Source of the DNA: Pasteurellaceae bacterium RH1A
GTDB lineage: Bacteria; Pseudomonadota; Gammaproteobacteria; Enterobacterales; Pasteurellaceae
DNA: 32,000 nucleotides
Assembly: GCA_012221805.1 (NCBI GenBank)
Contig: CP015195.1
Coordinates: forward strand, 762,387 to 794,386
Direction: 5' to 3'
This document shows positions 9,054-17,178 of the stretch, one piece after another. The notes under the pieces were generated by a model that was not told the origin of the DNA, ran no database searches, and saw only the letters and a program-made list of their open reading frames with translations. Every line of letters starts with the position of its first letter. Position 1 is the stretch's first letter. Position numbers and translations under genes: made by a program.

Positions 9054-10748
9054 TTAGGCCCAGTTTTTCTTCTTAGAGGTTTTGCCGATGCCCACGTTGA
9101 AGCTGTTGGTTGGATCCAGCTTCTTATAGAAGCTGCGCAAGTCCTCGTTGGCTTCGTACAAGTGGCCCACATTGTGCTCGGCTGGGTATTGGGCGCCCCG
9201 TTGGTCGAGGAGTTTCAGCATATCGTGCTCAAGCTGCTCGCAGTCGTTGCCCTTCTTGACAATATAGTCTTGGTGGAAAACGTGGCACATAAAATGGCCA
9301 TAGTAGAGCTTGTGGATGATCTTGTTGTCGATTTCCGCTGGCAGGCGTTCATACCAATCCTGATCGTTGCGGCGCAGGGCGATGTCCAGGGCCACAATGT
9401 CCTCCACCTCTTTCTCGTGAATAGCACGGTAACGCACCGCAGCTGAAGCCACGGCAAAGCGATGCAGCATGGCTGCCTGGGTTTCAACTGGGTCGCACTC
9501 AAAGTATCCACCTTTGGCTCGGTCTGCAAAATAAGCCTTGAGATATTCTCTGGCTTCTTGCACACCCTTGCCGCCCATTTTCAAGATGAGGTGATGCTCA
9601 TATTGGGCACGGTAGTCCAAGATGGATTTTGGCAGATGTTGCGGGAGCACCTTGGAAACCAGTTGCAAGAACTTGTCGCTTAAATGGCTTGGCAGGAAGC
9701 CGACCTTCTTGGCCAGTCTGTCCACCTTGGCCTTGGCAGCAAAGAGCTGCGGCAGGCGGTGGGTACCCGCTTTCTTGATGACCCAGAAGGTATCCTTGCC
9801 GTATTCTGCGGCAATATCAAAGGCATCACGGTGGATGTATTCGCCTGAAATCGGCAGGCTCTCAAACTGGCCTAACATATGGCGGCGCAGTTCGGTGAGT
9901 ACATCAATTTGGTTGGTGCCAATGTAGAAAACCGCCGTTTCGCTTTCGGCTGGGAAGGTATCCAAACGCACGGCAAAGACGGCCAATTTCCCCGCACAGC
10001 CTGAACTTTCATAATGGCGGGATGGATCGGCATTAAAGCGGGCAGGTGTGTCTTCATCAATTTGGCGAACATGGTTGCAATAGCTGTGATCGTGCGCTTT
10101 CTTGCTGCTATCTTGCTGAATATCCTTGTTTTGGTAGTGATGGCCTTGAAGGTTGGTCAGGATTTCTTCAGGCGTGCTACCCAAGTCGATCCCCAAGTGG
10201 TTCACCAATTCTAATTTACCCTCTGCATTGATTTGGGCAAACAGGGCCATTTCCGTATAGACTGGCCCCCGTTGCACCAAGGCCCCGCCCGAGTTGTTGC
10301 AAACCCCGCCAATCACAGACGCCCCAATACAGGACGAACCAATCACCGAATGCGGCTCCCGTTTAAGCGGCTTGAGCATGAGTTCAAGTTGGTTAAGGGT
10401 GGAACCTGGCAAGCAAACGGCCTGCTGGGCTTCATTGATAAGCTGAATACCGTCAATCCGCATGGCGTTGATAATCACAATATCACGATCGTAATCATTG
10501 CCACTTGGGGTTGAACCGCCTGTTAGGCCCGTGTTGGCGGCTTGCGAAATCACAATCACCCCCGCTTCGACACAGGCTTCTAGCACCTTCCACTGCTCCA
10601 AAAGCGTACCAGGCCGAACCACGGCCAAGGCATTGCCCGACCCAAAACGATAGCCACTGCGGTAGGCCTCGTTTTTGCTTGGGTCTGTAATCACATATTT
10701 TTCGCCGACAATTTGGCGTAGGCTATTGAGTAAATTTTGGCTGGTCAT
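9054..10748 (-). CDS. dld: FAD-dependent (quinone-linked) D-lactate dehydrogenase
   Basis: Near-colinear similarity to E. coli Dld, for example HSVIGSSCIGASVIGGVCNNSGGALVQRGP, YYGHFMCHVFHQDYIVKKG and GAQYPAEHNVGHLY. The ATG at 10748 is preceded by GGAGGA; the upstream ATG at 10772 has no ribosome-binding site. Confidence 0.95.
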   Translation of the reverse strand: MTSQNLLNSLRQIVGEKYVITDPSKNEAYRSGYRFGSGNALAVVRPGTLLEQWKVLEACVEAGVIVISQAANTGLTGGSTPSGNDYDRDIVIINAMRIDGIQLINEAQQAVCLPGSTLNQLELMLKPLKREPHSVIGSSCIGASVIGGVCNNSGGALVQRGPVYTEMALFAQINAEGKLELVNHLGIDLGSTPEEILTNLQGHHYQNKDIQQDSSKKAHDHSYCNHVRQIDEDTPARFNADPSRHYESSGCAGKLAVFAVRLDTFPAESETAVFYIGTNQIDVLTELRRHMLGQFESLPISGEYIHRDAFDIAAEYGKDTFWVIKKAGTHRLPQLFAAKAKVDRLAKKVGFLPSHLSDKFLQLVSKVLPQHLPKSILDYRAQYEHHLILKMGGKGVQEAREYLKAYFADRAKGGYFECDPVETQAAMLHRFAVASAAVRYRAIHEKEVEDIVALDIALRRNDQDWYERLPAEIDNKIIHKLYYGHFMCHVFHQDYIVKKGNDCEQLEHDMLKLLDQRGAQYPAEHNVGHLYEANEDLRSFYKKLDPTNSFNVGIGKTSKKKNWA

Positions 10749-10818
10749 TTTTCTTCCTCCATTGTTAAACATAGCGATATTAAAACATTACAATCTTAAA
10801 GAATACTTAACATCTTAG

Positions 10819-10840
10819 AAATGTGAGGGAGATCACAGAA
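10819..10840. promoter_or_regulatory. CRP binding site upstream of dld
   Basis: AAATGTGAGGGAGATCACAGAA contains perfect TGTGA-N6-TCACA half-sites at 10822-10837. The centre is about 81 nt upstream of the dld ATG. Confidence 0.6.
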
Positions 10841-10895
10841 ATTATGCATTTGCAGGGTCAGTAATAAGAGACTTCGTGCTTTTTCTGCTTAAAAT

Positions 10896-10940
10896 GGCCT
10901 ATTACAAGGCCTATTCGGCTCATTTCAAGAGCTGAATAGG
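10896..10940 (-). terminator. Possible terminator hairpins downstream of recD
   Basis: On the minus strand CCTATTCAGCTC pairs with GAGCCGAATAGG (11 of 12 bp). A short GGCC...GGCC hairpin and ATTTTAAG follow. The U-tract is weak. Confidence 0.35.
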
Positions 10941-10953
10941 GCAATTATTTGGC

Positions 10954-12921
10954 TCAATCGTCCATCATTAACTGCTGGTTCAATCCACTTTGGCGTTCGA
11001 TCTCTTGATTCACCCCCGATCGCCAGGTATTTTGCTGGCTAAAGAGGCTAAAGCGTTTTTTGGCCCGGGTGACGGCGGTGTAAAGCAGTTCTTTGGTTAA
11101 AACAGGCGAGCTGGTCAGTGGCATAACCAAAAGGGTATGGCCAAACTCAGAACCTTGGGACTTGTGTACGGTCATCACATAGGCTGGATCGTAGGCAGGT
11201 AGGCGGCTTAGGGAGAGTTTGAGATAGTCGCCAGTTTCTTCGTGCTTTACATCAAAATAGACGACATATTTTTCCCCCGTTTCATCAGGCAAGATTAAGC
11301 CAATATCGCCATTAAATATGCCTAATTGAGGGCTATTTTCGCTTATCAAGACAGGTTTGCCTAGGTAGGCCTCGCGACTATGCTTGAAGTGGACCAGATG
11401 AGCCTGTTTTAGGGCTTGAGCAATGCTTTCATTCAGCCCCTCTACCCCCAATCCTCCTTCCCTCAAGGCAGATAAGAACCGTACCTGCTTGAAACTTGCA
11501 AAAATTTGCTCAACTGAGACCGCTTGCGGGTTTTGTTGGCGTTGTTTGACCAGGCCTAAATAAGTGCCATATAACTCAACCGCCTTGTTCACTACCAAGC
11601 TTACACAGGCCTCCTGCCACTGATGTTTATCAGGGAAACTGGTCGCAGGAGGGTACTCACTTAAAGCTAGATCCGCAAAATTTTGGTTTGCAAAAACTTG
11701 CCAGGATTTAGCCGCTTGTTGCTGGTTAATGAGATCTGCCAGTTTGCCAATGCCTGAATGTTCGTCAAAACGATAGCTCTTACGCAGGTGGCTGAGGCAG
11801 TCGCAAATAGGTGGCAGGCCCTGGTAGCTTGGGGAGAGGTTGGAGCCTGTGGTTTGGTTGAGATAGTCACAGTGGGCCTGGCTATATTCATAGGTGAGCA
11901 GTTGCCCCAGCTCACCCATAATGGCCCCAGCTTCCACAGAAGCCAGTTGATCCTTGTCGCCCAACATGACCAAGCGGGTGCTTGGCTTGAGGGCGGCCAT
12001 AAGTTTCTCCATCAAAGACAAATCAATCATGGAGGCTTCGTCCACCACAAGGAGATCAAAGAGGAGGGGATTATTGGCATGGTGTTTTGGCTCATCCGAA
12101 AGGGGCCGAATACCCAGCAGGCGGTGGAGGGTGCTGGCCTGAACGGGCAGGGCATTTTGCACCTCAAGCGGGAGCTGGTGGAGCTCGGCCAAATTGGCCT
12201 GAATGGACTCCTTCAGCCGGGCCGCAGCCTTGCCGGTTGGGGCGGCCAGGGCAATATTGAGCAGGGGCAGGCCCTGGCTATGTTGGCGGAGTTGCAGGGC
12301 GGCTAATAGGCGTGCCACTGTGCGGGTCTTACCCGTGCCCGGCCCGCCTGAAATCAGGCAGAAATGTTGTTTTAGGGCCGTGGCCACGGCGATTTTTTGC
12401 CAGTCGATTTCGTCTGCTGCTTCGGTAAAAATTTGGTCTAAAATAGCCTTATTTAGGGCAGGATTTGCAAGATTATCTGTTTTTTGAGCCGCTTGTTTGA
12501 GGTAGTTGGCGACACTGTTTTCGGCCTGCCAGTAGCGGTAGAAGTAGATCAAGTCCCCTTGGAAGAGGATAGGTGCAACCTTCTCTTTTGGATCAAAGCT
12601 AAAAGCAATATGATCCGCTAGTTCCTCCTGCCAGACAAGCGGGTCAAAACCGCCGATTTTTTCAAAAATCTCGTAGTAGTAATCACGCTCGAAGGTTCTG
12701 TTCATAATGTCGCCAAAGGGCTTTTGGCAAGAGGCTAGGCTCATGGCTGTGTTGCCCTGCATAAGTTGATAGTGCATCAAGCAGGCCAGAAAGACCGCTA
12801 GATTTTTTTGAGTGTCGGAATAAGGGTAAGCGGCTTGTTTTTGGTCGATAAACTTAGCGAACTGGTAGTTGGCTTCAGTAATGACCTTGTCTTTTTTGAG
12901 ATCGGAAAGGAGTGCTAACAT
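10954..12921 (-). CDS. recD: Exodeoxyribonuclease V alpha subunit
   Basis: Walker A ISGGPGTGKTRTVARLLAAL, then LAAPTGKAAARL, VVDEASMIDL, GDKDQLASVEAGA and the C-terminal MTVHKSQGSEF...YTAVTRAKKR, colinear with E. coli RecD. Confidence 0.9.
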   Translation of the reverse strand: MLALLSDLKKDKVITEANYQFAKFIDQKQAAYPYSDTQKNLAVFLACLMHYQLMQGNTAMSLASCQKPFGDIMNRTFERDYYYEIFEKIGGFDPLVWQEELADHIAFSFDPKEKVAPILFQGDLIYFYRYWQAENSVANYLKQAAQKTDNLANPALNKAILDQIFTEAADEIDWQKIAVATALKQHFCLISGGPGTGKTRTVARLLAALQLRQHSQGLPLLNIALAAPTGKAAARLKESIQANLAELHQLPLEVQNALPVQASTLHRLLGIRPLSDEPKHHANNPLLFDLLVVDEASMIDLSLMEKLMAALKPSTRLVMLGDKDQLASVEAGAIMGELGQLLTYEYSQAHCDYLNQTTGSNLSPSYQGLPPICDCLSHLRKSYRFDEHSGIGKLADLINQQQAAKSWQVFANQNFADLALSEYPPATSFPDKHQWQEACVSLVVNKAVELYGTYLGLVKQRQQNPQAVSVEQIFASFKQVRFLSALREGGLGVEGLNESIAQALKQAHLVHFKHSREAYLGKPVLISENSPQLGIFNGDIGLILPDETGEKYVVYFDVKHEETGDYLKLSLSRLPAYDPAYVMTVHKSQGSEFGHTLLVMPLTSSPVLTKELLYTAVTRAKKRFSLFSQQNTWRSGVNQEIERQSGLNQQLMMDD

Positions 12922-12925
12922 AGGC

Positions 12926-13264
12926 TTAGAGGCATTTGGCAGGTTTAGGTAGGCCTGCTATTTTGGTGGCCTGCTTGGCCGGGCCGTCAGGAAAGAGCCG
13001 TTGCAGGTAGCGGCTGTTGCCTTTTTCCTCGCCAAACTTCTGGGCCAGGGATTTGACTAGCATGCGGATGGCTGGGGAGGTCTTGTATTCTTGGTAGAAA
13101 TCCCGCACGAAGTGGATGATTTCCCAGTGTTCGTCTGTCAGGGTGATTTGCTCTTGGGCGGCGATGACCTGGGCTAATTCCGGCGACCAGTCGCTTAGAT
13201 TGGTGAGATAGCCTGAGTTGTCGGTGGGGATTTGTTGTTGGTTGAATTGGATAAAGTTGGGCAT
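12926..13264 (-). CDS. tusE: Sulfurtransferase TusE (DsrC family)
   Basis: The C-terminal half [50 protein letters not shown] is nearly identical to E. coli TusE. Confidence 0.9.
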   Translation of the reverse strand: MPNFIQFNQQQIPTDNSGYLTNLSDWSPELAQVIAAQEQITLTDEHWEIIHFVRDFYQEYKTSPAIRMLVKSLAQKFGEEKGNSRYLQRLFPDGPAKQATKIAGLPKPAKCL

Positions 13265-13311
13265 TTTAGTCTTTGGTTAACACGACAGAAAGTAATTTAC
13301 GCAAAATAAGG

Positions 13312-13477
13312 TTCCCCTCTTTAGAAAAGAGGGGTTAGGGGAGATTTGACAGAAATGATAGCAGAGTGAGAGCTCAATTCGGAGAAAATTTGCTTCTCAA
13401 ACCATGACTATTCATTCCCTTTCTTCGTTTTCCCTACTGCCAAATCTCCCCCTGCCCCTCTTTGCTAAAGAGGGGAG
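13312..13477. repeat. Family-2 inverted repeat pair flanking 92 bp (MITE-like, 166 bp)
   Basis: The left arm is TTCCCCTCTTTAGAAAAGAGGGGTTAGGGGAGATTTG (13312-13348) and the right arm is CAAATCTCCCCCTGCCCCTCTTTGCTAAAGAGGGGAG (13441-13477). Each arm has its own CCCCTCTTT/AAAGAGGGG hairpin. A third copy lies at 15388. Confidence 0.7.
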
Positions 13478-13518
13478 TAGATCGAGCTAAATAGGCATTT
13501 AGAGCGTCTTAATGATAG

Positions 13519-14184
13519 TTAATCATCACTTCCCAAGACCCCAAAGATCTGCAAGAAGCTGACAAAGAGGTTGTAGAGGGAAACGTAGAGATCAACAGTT
13601 GCCATGATGTAGTTGGTTTCACCGCCGTTAATAATACGGCTAGTAGCCATCAAAATCGCACCGGTTGAGAACACGATAAATAAAGCACTCAACGCAAGGC
13701 TTAAGGCTGGCATGGCCAAGAAAATGTTGGCAATCATACCCACGATTAAGACCACAAACAAGGCAATCATCATACCCGATAAGAAAGACATATCCTTCTT
13801 AGTGGTTAAAACATAGGCAGAGCAGGCGAAGAAGACAAGGGCTGTTGAACCTAGAGCAAGGGCTACAGCATCGCCTAGGCCGTTACCTAAATAGAGGCTT
13901 AAGATTGGGCCAAGGGTGTAGCCCATAAAGCCGGTAAGAGCGAAAACGCTGGCTAGGCCTGCGGCAGAGTTAGCGGTTTTGCTGGTTAAGAAAAGTAAGC
14001 CGTAGAAGCCTACCAAGACTGCCCACCAAGGCAGGCGAGGCAGGTTAAGGGCCATGGTGATTACAGCCACAACCGAGGAAAAGGCCAAGGTCAGAGCCAG
14101 TAGGAAGTAGGTATTACGCAACACCTTGTGGGTGCTGAGCAGGGACTCACCACGGGCGGTGGTCACAAATTGGTTTTGTTGCAT
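13519..14184 (-). CDS. yccA: Bax-inhibitor-1 family membrane protein, FtsH modulator YccA
   Basis: [32 protein letters not shown] and [23 protein letters not shown] match E. coli YccA. The gene is adjacent to tusE, as in E. coli. Confidence 0.9.
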   Translation of the reverse strand: MQQNQFVTTARGESLLSTHKVLRNTYFLLALTLAFSSVVAVITMALNLPRLPWWAVLVGFYGLLFLTSKTANSAAGLASVFALTGFMGYTLGPILSLYLGNGLGDAVALALGSTALVFFACSAYVLTTKKDMSFLSGMMIALFVVLIVGMIANIFLAMPALSLALSALFIVFSTGAILMATSRIINGGETNYIMATVDLYVSLYNLFVSFLQIFGVLGSDD

Positions 14185-14219
14185 AAAAGCTCCTGTTGAG
14201 GGGTAAAAAAGATATGGTT

Positions 14220-14247
14220 AAATTAACATATTCTTTACAAATGTCAA
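14220..14247 (-). promoter_or_regulatory. Candidate promoter of yccA
   Basis: On the minus strand: a perfect TTGACA (14247-14242), 16-nt spacer, and an extended -10 of TGT-TAATTT (TAATTT at 14225-14220). Confidence 0.35.
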
Positions 14248-14248
14248 A

Positions 14249-14452
14249 CTAACTCTGCTGTTTTTTTAAACGTTCCTCACGGGCCTGTTCCTGCTTGGCC
14301 TGGGCCAGGGTTTGGCGGATTTCCCGCTTGCTGAGCCAGACCAAAGCGCCCACGGCTAAAAAGGTAATGCCGTAGGACAACCAGACATAAAAGCCGTAGC
14401 CACCCATGGCGAAAAAGTCGCTGATAGAAGCAAATTGAAAGTTTAAGGTCAT
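14249..14452 (-). CDS. ccmD: Heme exporter protein D
   Basis: 67 aa, with FFAMGGYGFYVWLSYGITF followed by a basic, Q-rich tail like E. coli CcmD. It lies 12 nt downstream of ccmC. Confidence 0.85.
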   Translation of the reverse strand: MTLNFQFASISDFFAMGGYGFYVWLSYGITFLAVGALVWLSKREIRQTLAQAKQEQAREERLKKQQS

Positions 14453-14464
14453 GATCTTCTCCTA

Positions 14465-15196
14465 TTATTGGGCTAAGGCACGCACCCAAGGGCGTTTGCG
14501 TTCATCTTTAAGCAGGGCAGCACGGTAGCGGAGGATGCTGAGCCAGATCATAAAAATCATGGAGCCGAAAATGGCCAGTAAGAGCGGGATCAGCATTTCC
14601 ACTGCCATAGAAGGCTTGTCGAATTTGGTAATGGTTGCCCCTTGGTGCAGGGTATTCCACCATTCCACCGAGAAGTGGATAATAGGCAGGTTAATCACGC
14701 CCACAATGGATAAGATCCCCGCAGCCTTGGCCCCGATATTACGATCTTGGAAAGCCGAATAAAGGGCCATTACCCCCAAATAGAGGAAGAAGAGCACCAA
14801 GGCTGAGGTCAGGCGTGCATCCCAAACCCACCAGGTTCCCCACATAGGCTTGCCCCAAATGGCTCCTGTTACCAAGGAAAGAAAGGCAAAAACCGCCCCA
14901 ATCGGTGCCATGGAAATCATGGCCAGACTGGCTTGACGGATCTGCCAGACCAAGGCAACCAGGGCAGCAACTGCCATGGATCCATAAACGCCCATAGACC
15001 AAATGGCCGATGGCACATGGATAAAGATAATCCGATAGCTATCGCCCTGTTGATAATCTTTAGGGGCAAAGGCCAGGCCCCAGACAAAGGCAGCGGCCAG
15101 CAAGAGGGCACTTAGGATGCCCAAAAGAGGTTGAATTTTCCCCAGCAGTCGGTATTGGGTTTCCGACTTGGCGTAGGGGTGTAACCATTTCCACAT
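14465..15196 (-). CDS. ccmC: Heme exporter protein C
   Basis: MWKWLHPYA..., DYQQGDSYRIIFIHVP and the tryptophan-rich WGKPMWGTWWVWDARLTS motif. Full length at 243 aa. Confidence 0.95.
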   Translation of the reverse strand: MWKWLHPYAKSETQYRLLGKIQPLLGILSALLLAAAFVWGLAFAPKDYQQGDSYRIIFIHVPSAIWSMGVYGSMAVAALVALVWQIRQASLAMISMAPIGAVFAFLSLVTGAIWGKPMWGTWWVWDARLTSALVLFFLYLGVMALYSAFQDRNIGAKAAGILSIVGVINLPIIHFSVEWWNTLHQGATITKFDKPSMAVEMLIPLLLAIFGSMIFMIWLSILRYRAALLKDERKRPWVRALAQ

Positions 15197-15234
15197 AAAA
15201 ACTCCAGTGATTGAATATAATTTTGTGTGTCGTA

Positions 15235-15304
15235 GATAGCGCCAGCCTCCAGGCTGGTGCTTTCGCTTTTAATTGAAGGCACCAGCGAGGACGCTGGCGC
15301 CATC
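15235..15304. repeat. Family-1 REPIN-like doublet, copy C (opposite orientation)
   Basis: GATAGCGCCAGCCTCCAGGCTGGTGC...GGCACCAGCGAGGACGCTGGCGCCATC. The reverse complement aligns end to end with copies A and B. Confidence 0.8.
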
Positions 15305-15387
15305 TTAGGGATTTAACTAACAATACAAGCGGGATTTTTTTACAAAATTTTTGCAACAAGCACGTACTAGCTTCGTTATCACTTCTG

Positions 15388-15426
15388 CAAAATCTCCCCT
15401 AACCCCTCTTTTTCAAAGAGGGGGAT
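15388..15426. repeat. Family-2 unit, solo copy
   Basis: CAAAATCTCCCCTAACCCCTCTTTTTCAAAGAGGGGGAT is nearly identical to the reverse complement of the arm at 13312-13348. Confidence 0.7.
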
Positions 15427-15460
15427 CAGAACGAGCGTAAATCGCTTACACAGTTCTAAA

Positions 15461-16123
15461 TTACTGCAAACTCACCCTCAAAGCCCCTGCAATGGCAAAG
15501 GGCGAGAAGGTAAGGGTAAGGGCCAAAATCGCCCCGATAATGGCCAACTGGCCCGTGTAGCCAATATTCAAGGTTGCCGCTTCCAACACGCTGGCGGCAA
15601 AAATCAGCACAGGCAAAAAGAGCGGAAGCACTAAAAGGCTTAAGAGGGTTCCGCCCTTGCGTAGGCCGACCGTCAGGGCAACGCCGATTGCTCCCAGACA
15701 ACTTAAAATGGGCGTGCCTAACAAAAGAGTCAGCACCAAGGCCCACCAGACTTGGATCTCAAGCGAGAGTAAGACCCCTGCAATGGGTGAGAGCAAAATC
15801 AGCGGCAGGCCAGTTAAGAGCCAGTGGGCCAGCACTTTGGCCAAGGCCACTTGGGTCAGGCCAATAGGCAAGAGCATAAGTTGCTCAAGTGAGCCGTCTA
15901 AATAATCGTCCCGAAAGAGCCGCTCAAAGGAAAGCAGGGCCGATAAAACCGCTGCCACCCAGGCAATCCCAGGGGCTATTTTACCCAATAATTCCGGATT
16001 TGGCCCCATAAGGAGCGGAAAAAGGGTGATAATAATCAAAAAGAACCACAAAGGGTTTAAAATTTCCGCAGGTTTGCGGAAGGCGATGGTCAGTTCTCGT
16101 TGAATAATGGTCAATAAAATCAT
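15461..16123 (-). CDS. ccmB: Heme exporter membrane protein B
   Basis: Colinear with E. coli CcmB, for example NPLWFFLIIITLFPL, FERLFRDDYLDGSLEQLMLLP and LLLGTPILSCLGAIGVALTVGLRKGG. Full length at 220 aa. Confidence 0.95.
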   Translation of the reverse strand: MILLTIIQRELTIAFRKPAEILNPLWFFLIIITLFPLLMGPNPELLGKIAPGIAWVAAVLSALLSFERLFRDDYLDGSLEQLMLLPIGLTQVALAKVLAHWLLTGLPLILLSPIAGVLLSLEIQVWWALVLTLLLGTPILSCLGAIGVALTVGLRKGGTLLSLLVLPLFLPVLIFAASVLEAATLNIGYTGQLAIIGAILALTLTFSPFAIAGALRVSLQ

Positions 16124-16134
16124 TGAGTTATCTC

Positions 16135-17169
16135 TTATAGATCCAGAATTTTCCTACTTTTAGCACTTTCAAAGGCTTTTTCAATTAAACCCAGCACATA
16201 GGCAGCCTGTTCGGTGGTAATGGCAAGAGGCTTGTGCTCGGCAATGGCTTCATAAAGATTATCATAGACTGCCTGACAGCTCCTTAATGGGCCGGCAAAG
16301 GACTGGCGGATCACTTGGTTCTCTTGTTCGGTATGCAAAATGCCCTCACGGATTGCTTGGTTCCAGTCGCCCACAGGCTGAATGCCTTGAGAGAGTAAGG
16401 CTTCCTGCCCGTCCACTGCTTGTTTCACATAGGAACCCAATTTGCCATGCAGGACAAAATGCGGGCTGGGCTCACGGGCATATTTGCTGGCAGCCAGTCG
16501 CACTTTTAGGCCCGACTCATACCACAAGTCAATGCTGAAATTATCATCGCTGATGGCTCCCTCGTGTTGGTAGCGGATGTCGGCAAAGATTTTTGCAGGT
16601 TTACCGAATAAATAGACCGCTTGATCCAGCAAATGCACGCCCAAGTCATAGACCAGGCCCGTGCCCTGCTCGCCGGTTTCCTTCCAGGCCTTGACATTTT
16701 TACCCTTGGCATAGCGTTCAAAGCGGATTTCGCAATCGACTGCCTCACCGATCAAGCCCTGGGCCAAGATTTCTTTGGCGGCTACTACTGCATCATCAAA
16801 ACGGCGGTTTTGATAGACCGATAAGATCACATTTTGGGCCTTGGCTAGTTCCGCTAGTTCCTCAGCTTGAGCCTTGGTTATCGCCAACGGTTTTTCCACT
16901 AGCACATGCTTGCCCGCCAAGATGGCCTGTTTGGTTAGGTCAAAATGGGTTTGGTTGGGGGTAGTGATAATGACCAAGTCCACTTCAGGCGTGAGCAGTT
17001 GCTCAAAGCTCCGCACAATTTCCACGCCCTCTAAGTGCTCAAGGGCATTTTGGCTGCTGCGTTCAAAGACCTTGACCACCTGAAAACGCTTGTCTGCCTT
17101 GAGAAAAGGGGCGTGAAAAACCCGCCCAGAATAGCCAAAACCTGCAATGGCAACCTTAATTTCTTGCAT
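16135..17169 (-). CDS. Gfo/Idh/MocA family NAD(P)-dependent oxidoreductase
   Basis: An N-terminal Rossmann motif IAGFGYSGRVFHAPF is followed by HVLVEKPLA and a C-terminal alpha/beta domain typical of the family (YdgJ/YhhX-like). The substrate is unknown. Confidence 0.85.
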   Translation of the reverse strand: MQEIKVAIAGFGYSGRVFHAPFLKADKRFQVVKVFERSSQNALEHLEGVEIVRSFEQLLTPEVDLVIITTPNQTHFDLTKQAILAGKHVLVEKPLAITKAQAEELAELAKAQNVILSVYQNRRFDDAVVAAKEILAQGLIGEAVDCEIRFERYAKGKNVKAWKETGEQGTGLVYDLGVHLLDQAVYLFGKPAKIFADIRYQHEGAISDDNFSIDLWYESGLKVRLAASKYAREPSPHFVLHGKLGSYVKQAVDGQEALLSQGIQPVGDWNQAIREGILHTEQENQVIRQSFAGPLRSCQAVYDNLYEAIAEHKPLAITTEQAAYVLGLIEKAFESAKSRKILDL

Positions 17170-17178
17170 ATTCTATCC

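Noticed and set aside
14212-14232. dif/XerD-arm-like palindrome ATGGTTAAATTAACAT
   Set aside because: It only partly resembles the XerD arm TTATGTTAAAT, with no XerC arm or 6-bp central region. It is better explained as part of the yccA promoter spacer.
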